Source: an uncultured Acidobacteriota bacterium
GTDB lineage: Bacteria > Acidobacteriota > Thermoanaerobaculia > Multivoradales > JAHEKO01
Length of the DNA: 64,000 nt
Assembly: GCA_963713825.1 (NCBI GenBank)
Contig: CAVQNG010000003.1
Location: 1,056,001-1,120,000, forward strand
Direction of reading: 5' to 3'
Shown here: positions 36,974 to 46,261 of the stretch, piece after piece
How positions within the stretch are numbered: the stretch's first letter is position 1
Layout of the letters: each line of letters starts with the position of its first letter
The notes under the pieces: generated by a model
What the model saw: the letters and a program-made list of their open reading frames with translations, nothing else
Told to the model about the DNA's origin: nothing
The model's database searches: none
Translations under genes and position numbers: made by a program

Positions 36974-37648
36974 CTAGTTAGAGGGCGGGCGTTGGCTGCG
37001 GGCGAGGCGTCTCTCGTCGAATTTCTTCTGTGCAAAGTACGCTACCGGAATCAACATCAGAGTGATTTCCCAGAGCGTTGGGCTGAGCCAGGCGGCACCG
37101 ATGGAGACGAGGGCGATCGCCGGTTCCACCATGGCCTCGTTGCGCAGGTTGCGGATGGTGGAAGGCTTCAAATCGGGCTCGGTCAGCCTGTGATTGCGGG
37201 TGGCGTAGGTCCAGCTCAGCAGTGAGAACAGTCCGACGAGAAACATGTTGATGCTGTAGAAGGTCTGGAAGGCGAACGTGTTCGGTGCGGCACTGCTGAG
37301 GCCATTGGAGTAGGGAATGATCACGACCATGGCCAGGAAGAGGATCTGCAGCCAGAGGTGGCCGATGTTCGTCTTGATGAGGTAACTGAAATGCTCGAGG
37401 TGCTTCATCCAATAGACGGCCACCAGCACGAACGAGACTACGTAGATCAGAACTACTGGAAGCTGTCCCTTGAGAAAGTTGGTGAGCTCCCGGGGGCTAT
37501 CGACGACGTCGGTGTCGGGGAGGTCGAAGGCGCTGGCCATGTAGACCATGGAGAGGGCGAAGATGACGTCGGCCAGAATCTGCAGACGGGTGATCGGGAC
37601 CCGTTCGTGGATCTCGTCGTCGGCCACCTGGTCTTCTAGTACAGGCAT
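36974..37648 (-). CDS. TMEM175/DUF1211 family membrane protein (K+ channel-like)
   Basis: RL..LAD.IFAL, YVVSFVLVAVYWMKH..F, FL..V.IIPYS. Confidence 0.8.
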   Translation of the reverse strand: MPVLEDQVADDEIHERVPITRLQILADVIFALSMVYMASAFDLPDTDVVDSPRELTNFLKGQLPVVLIYVVSFVLVAVYWMKHLEHFSYLIKTNIGHLWLQILFLAMVVIIPYSNGLSSAAPNTFAFQTFYSINMFLVGLFSLLSWTYATRNHRLTEPDLKPSTIRNLRNEAMVEPAIALVSIGAAWLSPTLWEITLMLIPVAYFAQKKFDERRLARSQRPPSN

Positions 37649-37722
37649 GAAATCACCCTTCTCCTAGAACGCCATGATCTCGGATCGGTGCGCTGCCGGT
37701 TGTAGACCGGTCATGTCCATAT

Positions 37723-37775
37723 TGTAGGGGACGGGATTGCCCACTCCGGTGGGCGCCCCACGGGGACGCCCACAG
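37723..37775. repeat. Degenerate GTAG-type REP doublet
   Basis: TGTAGGGGACGGGATTGCCCACTCC...GGGCGCCCCACGGGGACGCCCACA, similar to the element at 23266. Confidence 0.5.
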
Positions 37776-37810
37776 AGCAGGAGCATTTGCCGGTTTGGAA
37801 CTGCCGCCGT

Positions 37811-38839
37811 TCAGGCAGGTACAGCTTCGGTCAGAGCGAGGTTCGGATTGACCTCGATCCACTTCTCCAGAGGCGGTAGCACGCCCATATCGATGACCTC
37901 GTCGCGCAGTTTGACGAGATGCTCGTAGGAGGCCTTCAGGGCGGCCAGCTCTTCGGTGGTGCCGGTTGGCATCTGCCAACTGACGCCATCGTTTCCGAGG
38001 CTGGTCTCCATGGCCATCATGCACTGGCGGAACCCGATCTCTTCGGAGTTCACGAAAGTGCCGCACGGCCAGTCGAAACCCTGCCCATCGATGACGGCCT
38101 TGACCATCAGCACAGACTGATGTGAGGGGCTCTGGAAGGAGCTCCGTCCACGCAGTTGGATGATCTTTTTTCCACCCTGTCGCACATGAGCCTGGATTGA
38201 TTCCCACTGCTCCTGTGTCAGCTCGTCGGTGCCGATGATGTCGGTGAGCGGCCGGCCATCGACCAGGGCGGTGCTGGCGAAGACAGCCATCTGCTCGCCA
38301 TGCCCGCCATAAGTTCGACAGTTGGTTACCCTGTCTTGCTGTAGGCCGAAGTGCTGACTGAGGGCGGTCTGCAGCCGAGTGCTGTCGAGTGCCGCCAGCG
38401 TCGCCACACAGTTCGGTGCGAGTCCGGAATTGACAAGGGTGACGAGGCCGGTGATGTCGGCCGGATTGAAGATCACGACGACGAACTTGGCGCCGGGACA
38501 GTAGGACTTGATGTCCTTGCCGAGCTGGGCCGCGATCTCGGCGTTGCCCTTCAGTAGGTCCTCTCGAGTCATTCCTTCTTTGCGCGGCGCGCCGCCGGAA
38601 GTGATGATGTAGGAGGCGTCGGTCAGGGCCTCGCCGATGTCCGAGGTCCAGGTGACGCGAGCGCCTGGAAAGGCGCAGTGGTACATCTCCTCGGCCGCTC
38701 CCTGGTTGCCCTTTTCGAAGGGGTCGTACATGGCCACGTTCGGGGTCAGGCCCATGGTCAACACCGTCTGGACCATGTTCGAGCCGATGGCTCCAGCCGA
38801 GCCGAGAATGGCGATCTTGTCTTGCGTCAAATAGGTCAT
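37811..38839 (-). CDS. mdh: Malate dehydrogenase (LDH/MDH superfamily)
   Basis: AGGAGG RBS; GSAGAIG, GAPRKEGMTREDLLKGNA, FNPAD, LDSTRL, YGGHGE. Confidence 0.9.
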   Translation of the reverse strand: MTYLTQDKIAILGSAGAIGSNMVQTVLTMGLTPNVAMYDPFEKGNQGAAEEMYHCAFPGARVTWTSDIGEALTDASYIITSGGAPRKEGMTREDLLKGNAEIAAQLGKDIKSYCPGAKFVVVIFNPADITGLVTLVNSGLAPNCVATLAALDSTRLQTALSQHFGLQQDRVTNCRTYGGHGEQMAVFASTALVDGRPLTDIIGTDELTQEQWESIQAHVRQGGKKIIQLRGRSSFQSPSHQSVLMVKAVIDGQGFDWPCGTFVNSEEIGFRQCMMAMETSLGNDGVSWQMPTGTTEELAALKASYEHLVKLRDEVIDMGVLPPLEKWIEVNPNLALTEAVPA

Positions 38840-39041
38840 GGGGACACCTCCTGAGTGATGAGGGTTGGAGAAGGAGCACACGCTCCACCGATCATTCTAG
38901 CTCTGATTGAAAGTGCGTGCGCCGGAATTTCCGCCGCCGATCGCAACGGCACCATGCGGTAGGGGATCAAACCGGTGAGCAGCCATCTGGATGCCATACA
39001 ATTCAAGACGCCAAAAAACTAAGACAGTGGAGATCGAGGCC

Positions 39042-42000
39042 ATGCCCGCCAGTCAGCCTACCCACGCCATTGGTTTCAGCCGCATTCTCGGTTTGCGCGA
39101 CTCGGTGGCGCTGGGCATGAGCCTGAGTGTGCCACTCGTTGTCGTGGTCATGACCGAAGCGGTCTTCGCCGCGGTAGGCCGATCCACGCCCTTGGCCTAT
39201 CTTCTAGCCATTCCTCTCTACATACCGCTGATCTTGAGCTACATGGAGCTCGCTGGCGGTAGACCCGGCAGTGCCAGCGCCTTACAACTCGCCGGCTCGT
39301 TGAAGAATTCAGGGTTGGCCTTCAGTGTCGGGTGGCTGATGCTGGCAGGGCTGGTTTCGGTGGCAGCACTGCTCGTCTTGGCCGTGGCAGAGCGCCTCGG
39401 GCTTTGGTTTGGCCAGCTGTTTGGGATCGAGATCAGCAATGTCTGGTTAATGGCGGCGGTGATCTTGCTGGCGTCGGTGCACGAAGGCTTGAGCGATATC
39501 GATCGATGGCGAATGAGGACAGCGATCGTCGTCCTGGCGCTGGTCCTGACCGTGGGGATCCTCGTCTGGGGCTTTGTGGCCCATCCCCCAGGTGGTGAGC
39601 TGATAGAAGCGCGCCTGTTCGGTCATGATCTGACTGCAGTTGCCCTCTTGGCGGCAGGTCTGTGGAGTATCGACCTGCTGCTGAATCATCGGCGGCAGAT
39701 GCGACGCCCCGATGCGACGCTCAAGAGCGCCTCACTTGCCGTTTGGATCTTCACCGGGGTGCTCGCGGTGGCCACGACTGCGCTGGCTGTCCGCACACCC
39801 GAGATTTGGATGGCCGATTGGTCGGAGAAGCTCTCCTGGGGAGAGAGCCGTCTCCAGCTGACTGCTCTGGTCGTCTCGACGACCTTCTGTTGGATTGGCC
39901 TGTCACGGGTGGTGTCTCGCACTGTGCGTCTGACGGGCGCCCTTGCCCACGAGGGCTTTCTTCCGCGCATCGGCAAGGTTGGCGAGCTGCGGAGGACTCG
40001 GTCGCTGGTTACTCTGAGCTCGCTTGCCGTGGTCCTCGTGATTGTGGGTTGGTGGGTACCTGATGGCGTCCTGATGACGCTGGCGGCCATGACCTTTCTG
40101 TGGGTCACGGTGCTCGTGATGGTGCCGCATGCCCGGCGACCGGCGAGAGAGCTGGCTCCTGGTCGTCGGAATCGGTTGCCGCTTCACCCGCTATTCCCAG
40201 GCTACTCTGCAGCCGTAGCCGTCTTCCTCTCGTGGGTGTTGCCGTTACGAGTCAGCGCGATCGTGCTCGGATGGCTAGCGCTGGGCGGCGTCTACTACTA
40301 CTTCTTTGCCCGCAGGGCCCATACCGAGGTGAAGCAGGACAAGGCGGTCGTTGGAGTGGGGATCGAGGAGAGCAAGAAGGAAAGGCCGCGAGTGATGGTC
40401 GGCATCGAGGACGACCAGCAGCTCCCGGCTCTCCTCAAGAGCGGTGCTGCTTTGGCGCGAGCATACAGCGGTGAGCTGATGGTGCTACGGGTGCTTCCTC
40501 TCACCGACGAGCTTTCCCTCCACGGTGCCCAACGCAGTGCGCAATCGGAATGGGCAGCGCTCGAACGCCAGATGCAGCCCCACCTGGACGCAGCGGTAGA
40601 AACGCAGACGGTGGTGAGGATCGCGCCGAGCGTGGAGTCTGGCATCGTCGCGACGGCCAATGAGTACGACGCCGATGTCGTGGTCATGGCGGCCCCGAGA
40701 GTTCCCCTGGCCGATGCCTCGACGAGTGCGGCGGCCAGGGTCTTCTCAGCGACCTCCCGACCTTTGGCGATTTTGAAGGGTGACTATCCCGACACGGGCC
40801 CCAACATAACGGTCGCTACGGGTGGAGGACCCCACGCAGTCAAGGGCCTGGAGCTCGGAGATCAATTGGCCGCTGGGCTCGGTGGGAATCTGGAACTGGT
40901 GAGCGTGAATGTGCACTCGCGATCGGACGAGGCGGCCAAGGCCGCCATCCAAAGGACGCTGGATGCCGCACAATCGGTTACCGATGTACCAACCAGGGTC
41001 ATTGAGGCCAAGAGTGTCGAGAAGGGCCTGGAGGAGGCAGGGGATCTCCTGATCATCGGCTCTTCGACCGATCGACTCCTGAGCCAGACGGTATTCGGCG
41101 GACTGCCTATCGAGGTGGCACGGGCGCGAGCCGGTGCGACGATCGTCGTCAAGCGGGCCGAGGCGACCATGCACTTCTGGAGACGCCGGCTCTGGGAGCT
41201 GTCGACCCGGATTCTGCCAACCCTCTCGGTCAGGGAACGCTCCGAAGTCTATGCGCAGATGGCCGATGACGCCCGGGCGAATGTGGACTTCTACGCCTTG
41301 ATCTCCCTGTCTTCGGCCATCGCTCTCCTCGGCCTGCTCCTCGACAGTAGCGCCGTGATCATTGGAGCCATGCTGGTTGCACCGCTCATGAGCCCCATTC
41401 TGTCCCTGGCTCAGGGGATCGTTCAGGGCAACCCTCATCTCATCCAGCGGGCCGGTGCTTCGACCTTCAAGGGGACCGTCGTGGCGATCGGGGTCAGCAC
41501 GGCCTTGACCTTGCTACTGCGCGTGGCCCAGCCGACAGGCGAGATCCTGGCCCGAGTGAGACCGAATCTGCTCGACCTTGGTGTGGCACTTGCCGCGGGT
41601 GCCGCGGCCGCCTATGCCGTGAGTCGGAAATCGGTTGCGGCGGCGCTGCCTGGCGTGGCGATCAGCGTCGCCCTTGTACCCCCTCTCGGCGTGGTGGGCT
41701 ACGGCCTGGGAACCTCGCAGTTCGAAATCGCTGGGGGCGCCTTGCTGCTCTTCCTGACCAATCTGGGTGGCATCGTCCTGGTGGGCGTGTTGATCTTCTT
41801 GATGATGGGATTCAGACCCACCCTGGCGGAACGCGGAACACGGGCCCGCCAAGCAACCTTCTTCGCGGTCATGGGTCTCGTTCTGGTCGCGCTGCCTCTC
41901 GGCCTGACCACCGTCAATGTCGCGCGAGAGCGCAACCTGAGGACCCAGATCAACAAGATCCTCGGCCAACTCGACTCGGACGCGTTTGGCATCAACCGCT

Positions 42001-42296
42001 ACTCGATCCAGAAGCGCGGCGGCCAATTCGTCGTCGTCGGGACGATTTACGCCTACCAGGAGATTCGACGCGACCAGGTGGAGATGGTACAGAAGCGGCT
42101 CTCGGACGCGGCCGGTGTGCCCGTCAAGCTCCGAGTGACCATTGTGCCTGCCACTTTGACCGAGGTCGGTGGTAACTCAGAAGGTAAAGGTGTAGGGATG
42201 GCGCCGGTGGTACCATCGATCGAAGTCGATGGTCTCGGCGAGCCTCTCGAACAGGAGACAATCGAGGTCGCCCCGCCGGAGCCTCAGGGAAACTAG
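39042..42296 (+). CDS. APC amino-acid permease + tandem USP + DUF389 fusion protein
   Basis: N-terminal APC-like TMs (YMELAG, HEGFLP, LHPLFP); USP-like domains (ATGGGPHA); DUF389 (GLLLDSSAVIIGAMLVAPLMSPI, LPGVAISVALVPPL). Confidence 0.85.
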   Translation: MPASQPTHAIGFSRILGLRDSVALGMSLSVPLVVVVMTEAVFAAVGRSTPLAYLLAIPLYIPLILSYMELAGGRPGSASALQLAGSLKNSGLAFSVGWLMLAGLVSVAALLVLAVAERLGLWFGQLFGIEISNVWLMAAVILLASVHEGLSDIDRWRMRTAIVVLALVLTVGILVWGFVAHPPGGELIEARLFGHDLTAVALLAAGLWSIDLLLNHRRQMRRPDATLKSASLAVWIFTGVLAVATTALAVRTPEIWMADWSEKLSWGESRLQLTALVVSTTFCWIGLSRVVSRTVRLTGALAHEGFLPRIGKVGELRRTRSLVTLSSLAVVLVIVGWWVPDGVLMTLAAMTFLWVTVLVMVPHARRPARELAPGRRNRLPLHPLFPGYSAAVAVFLSWVLPLRVSAIVLGWLALGGVYYYFFARRAHTEVKQDKAVVGVGIEESKKERPRVMVGIEDDQQLPALLKSGAALARAYSGELMVLRVLPLTDELSLHGAQRSAQSEWAALERQMQPHLDAAVETQTVVRIAPSVESGIVATANEYDADVVVMAAPRVPLADASTSAAARVFSATSRPLAILKGDYPDTGPNITVATGGGPHAVKGLELGDQLAAGLGGNLELVSVNVHSRSDEAAKAAIQRTLDAAQSVTDVPTRVIEAKSVEKGLEEAGDLLIIGSSTDRLLSQTVFGGLPIEVARARAGATIVVKRAEATMHFWRRRLWELSTRILPTLSVRERSEVYAQMADDARANVDFYALISLSSAIALLGLLLDSSAVIIGAMLVAPLMSPILSLAQGIVQGNPHLIQRAGASTFKGTVVAIGVSTALTLLLRVAQPTGEILARVRPNLLDLGVALAAGAAAAYAVSRKSVAAALPGVAISVALVPPLGVVGYGLGTSQFEIAGGALLLFLTNLGGIVLVGVLIFLMMGFRPTLAERGTRARQATFFAVMGLVLVALPLGLTTVNVARERNLRTQINKILGQLDSDAFGINRYSIQKRGGQFVVVGTIYAYQEIRRDQVEMVQKRLSDAAGVPVKLRVTIVPATLTEVGGNSEGKGVGMAPVVPSIEVDGLGEPLEQETIEVAPPEPQGN

Positions 42297-42305
42297 CGAG
42301 CCGAC

Positions 42306-44630
42306 ATGCTGCGATCTGACAAGTCAACGCGTCCTCTGGCGTGCTGGATGGTGCTGTTCTGCCTGTTGATGGCTCTCAGCAGCGCTGTTGTTGGCGCCGC
42401 GGAGGGAGATCGACCCAAGATCGGGCTGGCCCTCGGAGGTGGGGGCGCCAAGGGTGGTGCGCACGTCGGTGTGATCAAGGTCCTCGAGGAGATGAACGTC
42501 CCCATCGACTACATCGCGGGGACCAGTATCGGTGCCATCGTCGGTGGGCTCTACGCCTCGGGGATGACGAGCGATGAGCTGGCCGAGGCTCTGGCCACGA
42601 TCGACTGGAACGAGGCCATGCAGGACAAGCCGCCGCGCCGGGATCTCAACTTCCGCCGCAAGGAGGATACCGCCCGCTACCTCTTCGGCATGGAGGTGGG
42701 AATCGGCAAAGGTGGTCTCAAATGGCCGGCAGGATTCAGAAGCGGACAAAATCTCTTCTTTTTGTTGCAGTCCCTGACGATTCCGGTTGCCGACGTCGAC
42801 GACTTCGACCAACTATCGATTCCCTTTCGGGCTGTGGCGACGGATCTCGGTAGTGGAGAGATGGTGGTCCTCGACCGTGGTTACCTGGCCACCGCGATGC
42901 GGGCCAGTATGGCCATCCCCGGTTTCTTCAGCCCGGTCGAGCTCGAGGACAGGCTGCTCGTCGATGGTGGCATGGTCAACAATCTGCCGGTCGATGTCGC
43001 CTTCGCCATGGGTGCGGATATCGTCATCGCGGTTGATCTGGGGGCCGCTCTTTCCGCCCGTACTGTGGGCGCCTCGGTCGTGCAGATCTATCAACAGACG
43101 ATTCGTATGTTGACGCGACCCAACGTCGATTCCCGTCTCGAGATCTCGGACCTGGTGATCAACCCCGGAGTCTCCGACTACGGCACCATGGACTTCGGCC
43201 AGATCGTCCAGATCATGGAAAAAGGCTATGAGACGGCTCGAGGTATGACGGACGAAATCGCCCTCTACTCCGTTGCGCCAGAGGTGTACGAAGCTCATCG
43301 GGCGAAACAGATCATGCCACCGCCCGAACCCATCCGCATCGATTTCGTCGATTTCGTCGGCAACAAGCGGGTAGACGATAGGGTCATCAGGAGGCATATC
43401 CGCCTCGAAGCCGGCAGCAAGCTGACTCTCCGGATGTTTGGAGACGATCTCTCTGAGCTGCTGGGTGGTGGCAGCCGCCGGGAAGAACGTCGGGTGAAGC
43501 AGCTGACAGGTGAGGTGCCACTCGACCTGAGGGCTCTCTTCGAAGATCTCCGCAGGATTTATGGACTTGGCGAGTTCGAGCAGGTCGACTTCGGCTTCGA
43601 GGAGCGAGGCGAGGAGCGAGGAGTGGTCATCCGCATTCGCGAGAAGCCATGGGGCCCCAACTATCTCCACTTCGGGCTCGAGGTTGCCACCCAAGGCAAT
43701 GGCGAGACTCTGCTCCAGTTTCTCGTCAACCTGACGAAGACCACGATCAACGCCCGCGGAGCGGAATGGCGGACGGACCTGTTGGTCGGCAACAACCGTG
43801 GCGTCTTCACGGAGTTCTACCAGCCACTGGATTTTGCCGGCCGATTCTTCGTTGCCCCGAGGGTCGATTTCAATGCTGGCCGAGTCCGGCTTTTCGAAGA
43901 CGGTGATTCTCTTGCCGAGTTCAGCACCAAAGACACCATCTTCGGTCTCGACTTTGGCTACCAGGCCGGCACCTACGCAGAGGTGCGTCTCGGTGCCGAG
44001 ACTGGATTTGGTGGGGCAAGTCTCGAAACGGGGTCCTTGCCACCGGATCTCGTAGAGGACATTCGGGACATCGATTTTGGAGCTGCCCGCCTGCTTGTAC
44101 GGGCTGATCGCTTGGACAGCGTGACAATTCCGAGGAAGGGTTGGTCATCGCGTTTCAGCGCCATGCAATCGTTGGAAGGCCTGGGAGCGGACGACGAGTA
44201 CACCAAGCTCTTCTGGTCCGGTCAGAAATTCGGCAGCCGGGGCAAGCACACCGGCTTTGGTGGCGCCAGCGCGGGTTGGAGCACCGGGGACCTGCCGATC
44301 TACGATGAGTTCACTCTGGGTGGTTTCGCCTCGTTGTCAGGCTACGCGGATTTGGAGTTGCGCGGGCAGTACCTGGGGCTCGGACGTCTGGGTTACTACT
44401 ACCAGATCATGAAAAGTTGGTACCTGGGTGGCTGGGCAGAGGCGGGCAACACGTGGCAGGTGGGTGAACCCGCTCAATTCGACACCCTGCGGTACTCGGG
44501 CACTGTGATTCTGGCGAAAGATACGGTGATTGGTCCCCTCTACGTGGCCTGGGCCATGGCGGAAGAGGGTAGGAACAGGTTCTACTTCATCCTCGGCCGG
44601 ACGCTGAGTGACAGAAGCCTGTTGGATTGA
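42306..44630 (+). CDS. Patatin-like phospholipase with POTRA and Omp85 barrel (PlpD-like)
   Basis: Signal peptide; LGGGGAKG, GTSIG, DGG; POTRA-like segment; C-terminal beta-barrel (IGPLYVAW..FYFILG). Confidence 0.9.
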   Translation: MLRSDKSTRPLACWMVLFCLLMALSSAVVGAAEGDRPKIGLALGGGGAKGGAHVGVIKVLEEMNVPIDYIAGTSIGAIVGGLYASGMTSDELAEALATIDWNEAMQDKPPRRDLNFRRKEDTARYLFGMEVGIGKGGLKWPAGFRSGQNLFFLLQSLTIPVADVDDFDQLSIPFRAVATDLGSGEMVVLDRGYLATAMRASMAIPGFFSPVELEDRLLVDGGMVNNLPVDVAFAMGADIVIAVDLGAALSARTVGASVVQIYQQTIRMLTRPNVDSRLEISDLVINPGVSDYGTMDFGQIVQIMEKGYETARGMTDEIALYSVAPEVYEAHRAKQIMPPPEPIRIDFVDFVGNKRVDDRVIRRHIRLEAGSKLTLRMFGDDLSELLGGGSRREERRVKQLTGEVPLDLRALFEDLRRIYGLGEFEQVDFGFEERGEERGVVIRIREKPWGPNYLHFGLEVATQGNGETLLQFLVNLTKTTINARGAEWRTDLLVGNNRGVFTEFYQPLDFAGRFFVAPRVDFNAGRVRLFEDGDSLAEFSTKDTIFGLDFGYQAGTYAEVRLGAETGFGGASLETGSLPPDLVEDIRDIDFGAARLLVRADRLDSVTIPRKGWSSRFSAMQSLEGLGADDEYTKLFWSGQKFGSRGKHTGFGGASAGWSTGDLPIYDEFTLGGFASLSGYADLELRGQYLGLGRLGYYYQIMKSWYLGGWAEAGNTWQVGEPAQFDTLRYSGTVILAKDTVIGPLYVAWAMAEEGRNRFYFILGRTLSDRSLLD

Positions 44631-44668
44631 CAGTGCTCTTTGGACTCCCTTACACTGCCAGGTCCTGA

Positions 44669-44742
44669 CGGGGCGTGGCGCAGCCTGGTAGCGCATCTGC
44701 TTTGGGAGCAGAGGGTCCCCAGTTCAAATCTGGGCGCCCCGA
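44669..44742 (+). tRNA. tRNA-Pro(TGG)
   Basis: Acceptor stem CGGGGCG/CGCCCCG, anticodon arm TCTGC-TTTGGGA-GCAGA, T-loop GTTCAAAT; CCA not encoded. Confidence 0.95.
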
Positions 44743-44798
44743 TAGAAATAGGCGAGATTCTTGATCAATACCAGGGGGTCCGGATTCCCGTCCACTGA

Positions 44799-44875
44799 CT
44801 GCCAGTAGCTCAGATGGATAGAGCGGCGGCCTTCTAAGCCGCGGGTCGGGGGTTCGAATCCCTCCTGGCAGGCCA
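44799..44875 (+). tRNA. tRNA-Arg(TCT)
   Basis: Acceptor stem CTGCCAG/CTGGCAG, anticodon arm GCGGC-CTTCTAA-GCCGC, GTTCGAAT, CCA. Confidence 0.95.
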
Positions 44876-44896
44876 AGTTCTCTGAAGCAGGTTTAT

Positions 44897-44973
44897 GGTG
44901 AGCGTAGCTCAATCGGTAGAGCGCTGGATTGTGGTTCCAGTGGTTGGGGGTTCAAGTCCCCTCGCTCACCCCA
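44897..44973 (+). tRNA. tRNA-His(GTG)
   Basis: G-1 + GTGAGCG/CGCTCAC, anticodon arm CTGGA-TTGTGGT-TCCAG, CCA. Confidence 0.95.
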
Positions 44974-44992
44974 TACTTCTCTGTTCGATCAG

Positions 44993-45069
44993 GCGCCCTT
45001 AGCTCAGCTGGATAGAGCGACGGCCTCCGGAGCCGTAGGTCAGAGGTTCGAATCCTCTAGGGCGCACCA
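44993..45069 (+). tRNA. tRNA-Arg(CCG)
   Basis: Acceptor stem GCGCCCT/AGGGCGC, anticodon arm ACGGC-CTCCGGA-GCCGT, CCA. Confidence 0.95.
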
Positions 45070-46091
45070 TTTGCCTTCCCTGCCGTCTTCTCCTTCGATT
45101 TCTTCCACCTGTCTCGCTGCCGCTGAGGCTTGTAGTCGAGTCGCGGAACGAAGCGGGCCCTGGCCAGATAGTCCAGGATGAAGTCTGCCGCGATCCTGTG
45201 GGCCAGTTCATTCGGGTGAGCGTCGGTGTAGGGAACCAGAGCGAGTCGATAGACATCGACCCCGCGATAGGCCTCCAGGAGATCCAGCACAGGGATACCC
45301 AGCGACTGGCCAACCTCGCGTATCTTGTCGTGTAGATCCGTGTACGCGTAGGCGTCGTCCATAGGGCTGTCGAAGACGGGAAACAGCAGCAGCACCATGG
45401 GAATGGACCGCGCGTCGGCCAACTCCCGTAGGCTCTCTAGGGCCTTCAGGCATTTCTTCCAGTCTGGACCCTCGTACAAGGAGTGATAGTAGGTGGAGTA
45501 GGCGCGGTGGATCCGCGTGTTCTCGATTCGGTCCCATACCATGGCGTAGAACTGGCTCCCTCGGTAGAGAGAGGCGCTCAGCGGGAATCGGGGCTCCCGT
45601 CGGTGTAGTCCCTCTCGCAGCACGGCCAGCTTCTGCAGGTCGAAGGGCTCCGGATCGTTCAGGACGAAAGCCAGAAGCAGCAGATCGGGAGAGATCTTGT
45701 CGATATTGGCTTCGACAGAGCGAAATGCCACGACGGTATTCCATCCCGGTCGGCTCCAAGTGATCACCTCGAAGTCATCTCCACGGGAGACTGCATCGAG
45801 TCGAACCTCCAGTCGGCGAGGGAACGAATCCTCGGGGTGAACGCCATCTCCCCAGGCGAACGAATCACCTACGACCAGGATGCGAAAGGTGTCAGCCTCA
45901 GGAGAAAAGCGAGGTTGGGAACCCCGGAAGTTGGGCTCTCTTACCGGGGATCTGATCTCGACGGCGAGCTTGGTCGAGCGAGGCTGTGGGTTGGCGAAGG
46001 TGCCTCTCCGCGTTGCGAGCTCGAGAGCTCCCAGGGTCAAGAGCAGGGAGCCGGCCGACAAGGCCAATCCGGTCAAAAGCCGACTGATCAT
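45057..46091 (-). CDS. Membrane-anchored SGNH/GDSL hydrolase
   Basis: N-terminal TM; RILVVGDSFAWG, PGWNT, FVLND, DAHPNELAH. Confidence 0.88.
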   Translation of the reverse strand: MISRLLTGLALSAGSLLLTLGALELATRRGTFANPQPRSTKLAVEIRSPVREPNFRGSQPRFSPEADTFRILVVGDSFAWGDGVHPEDSFPRRLEVRLDAVSRGDDFEVITWSRPGWNTVVAFRSVEANIDKISPDLLLLAFVLNDPEPFDLQKLAVLREGLHRREPRFPLSASLYRGSQFYAMVWDRIENTRIHRAYSTYYHSLYEGPDWKKCLKALESLRELADARSIPMVLLLFPVFDSPMDDAYAYTDLHDKIREVGQSLGIPVLDLLEAYRGVDVYRLALVPYTDAHPNELAHRIAADFILDYLARARFVPRLDYKPQRQRDRWKKSKEKTAGKANGAP

Positions 46092-46261
46092 GGCAGCAGA
46101 AATTATTCCATAGCCTGCTCGTTCGACAGTTGCTTCGTCTTGCCGCCGTCGGGGTCCCGTCCCCGTTGCGAAGCGGCAGCGAGTCCGCACCCGTCTCAAC
46201 CGAGGTGTTGCTTCCGGGAAGGAAACTTGATCTTGAAGGGCCTCGAGTCGACAATACCGAG

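Noticed and set aside
36001-38888. Alternative-frame ORFs 36001-36840 and 37653-38888, and N-terminal extensions such as 2598-3896 and 45057-46610
   Set aside because: Arg/Pro-rich off-frame translations overlapping real genes; better starts exist downstream.
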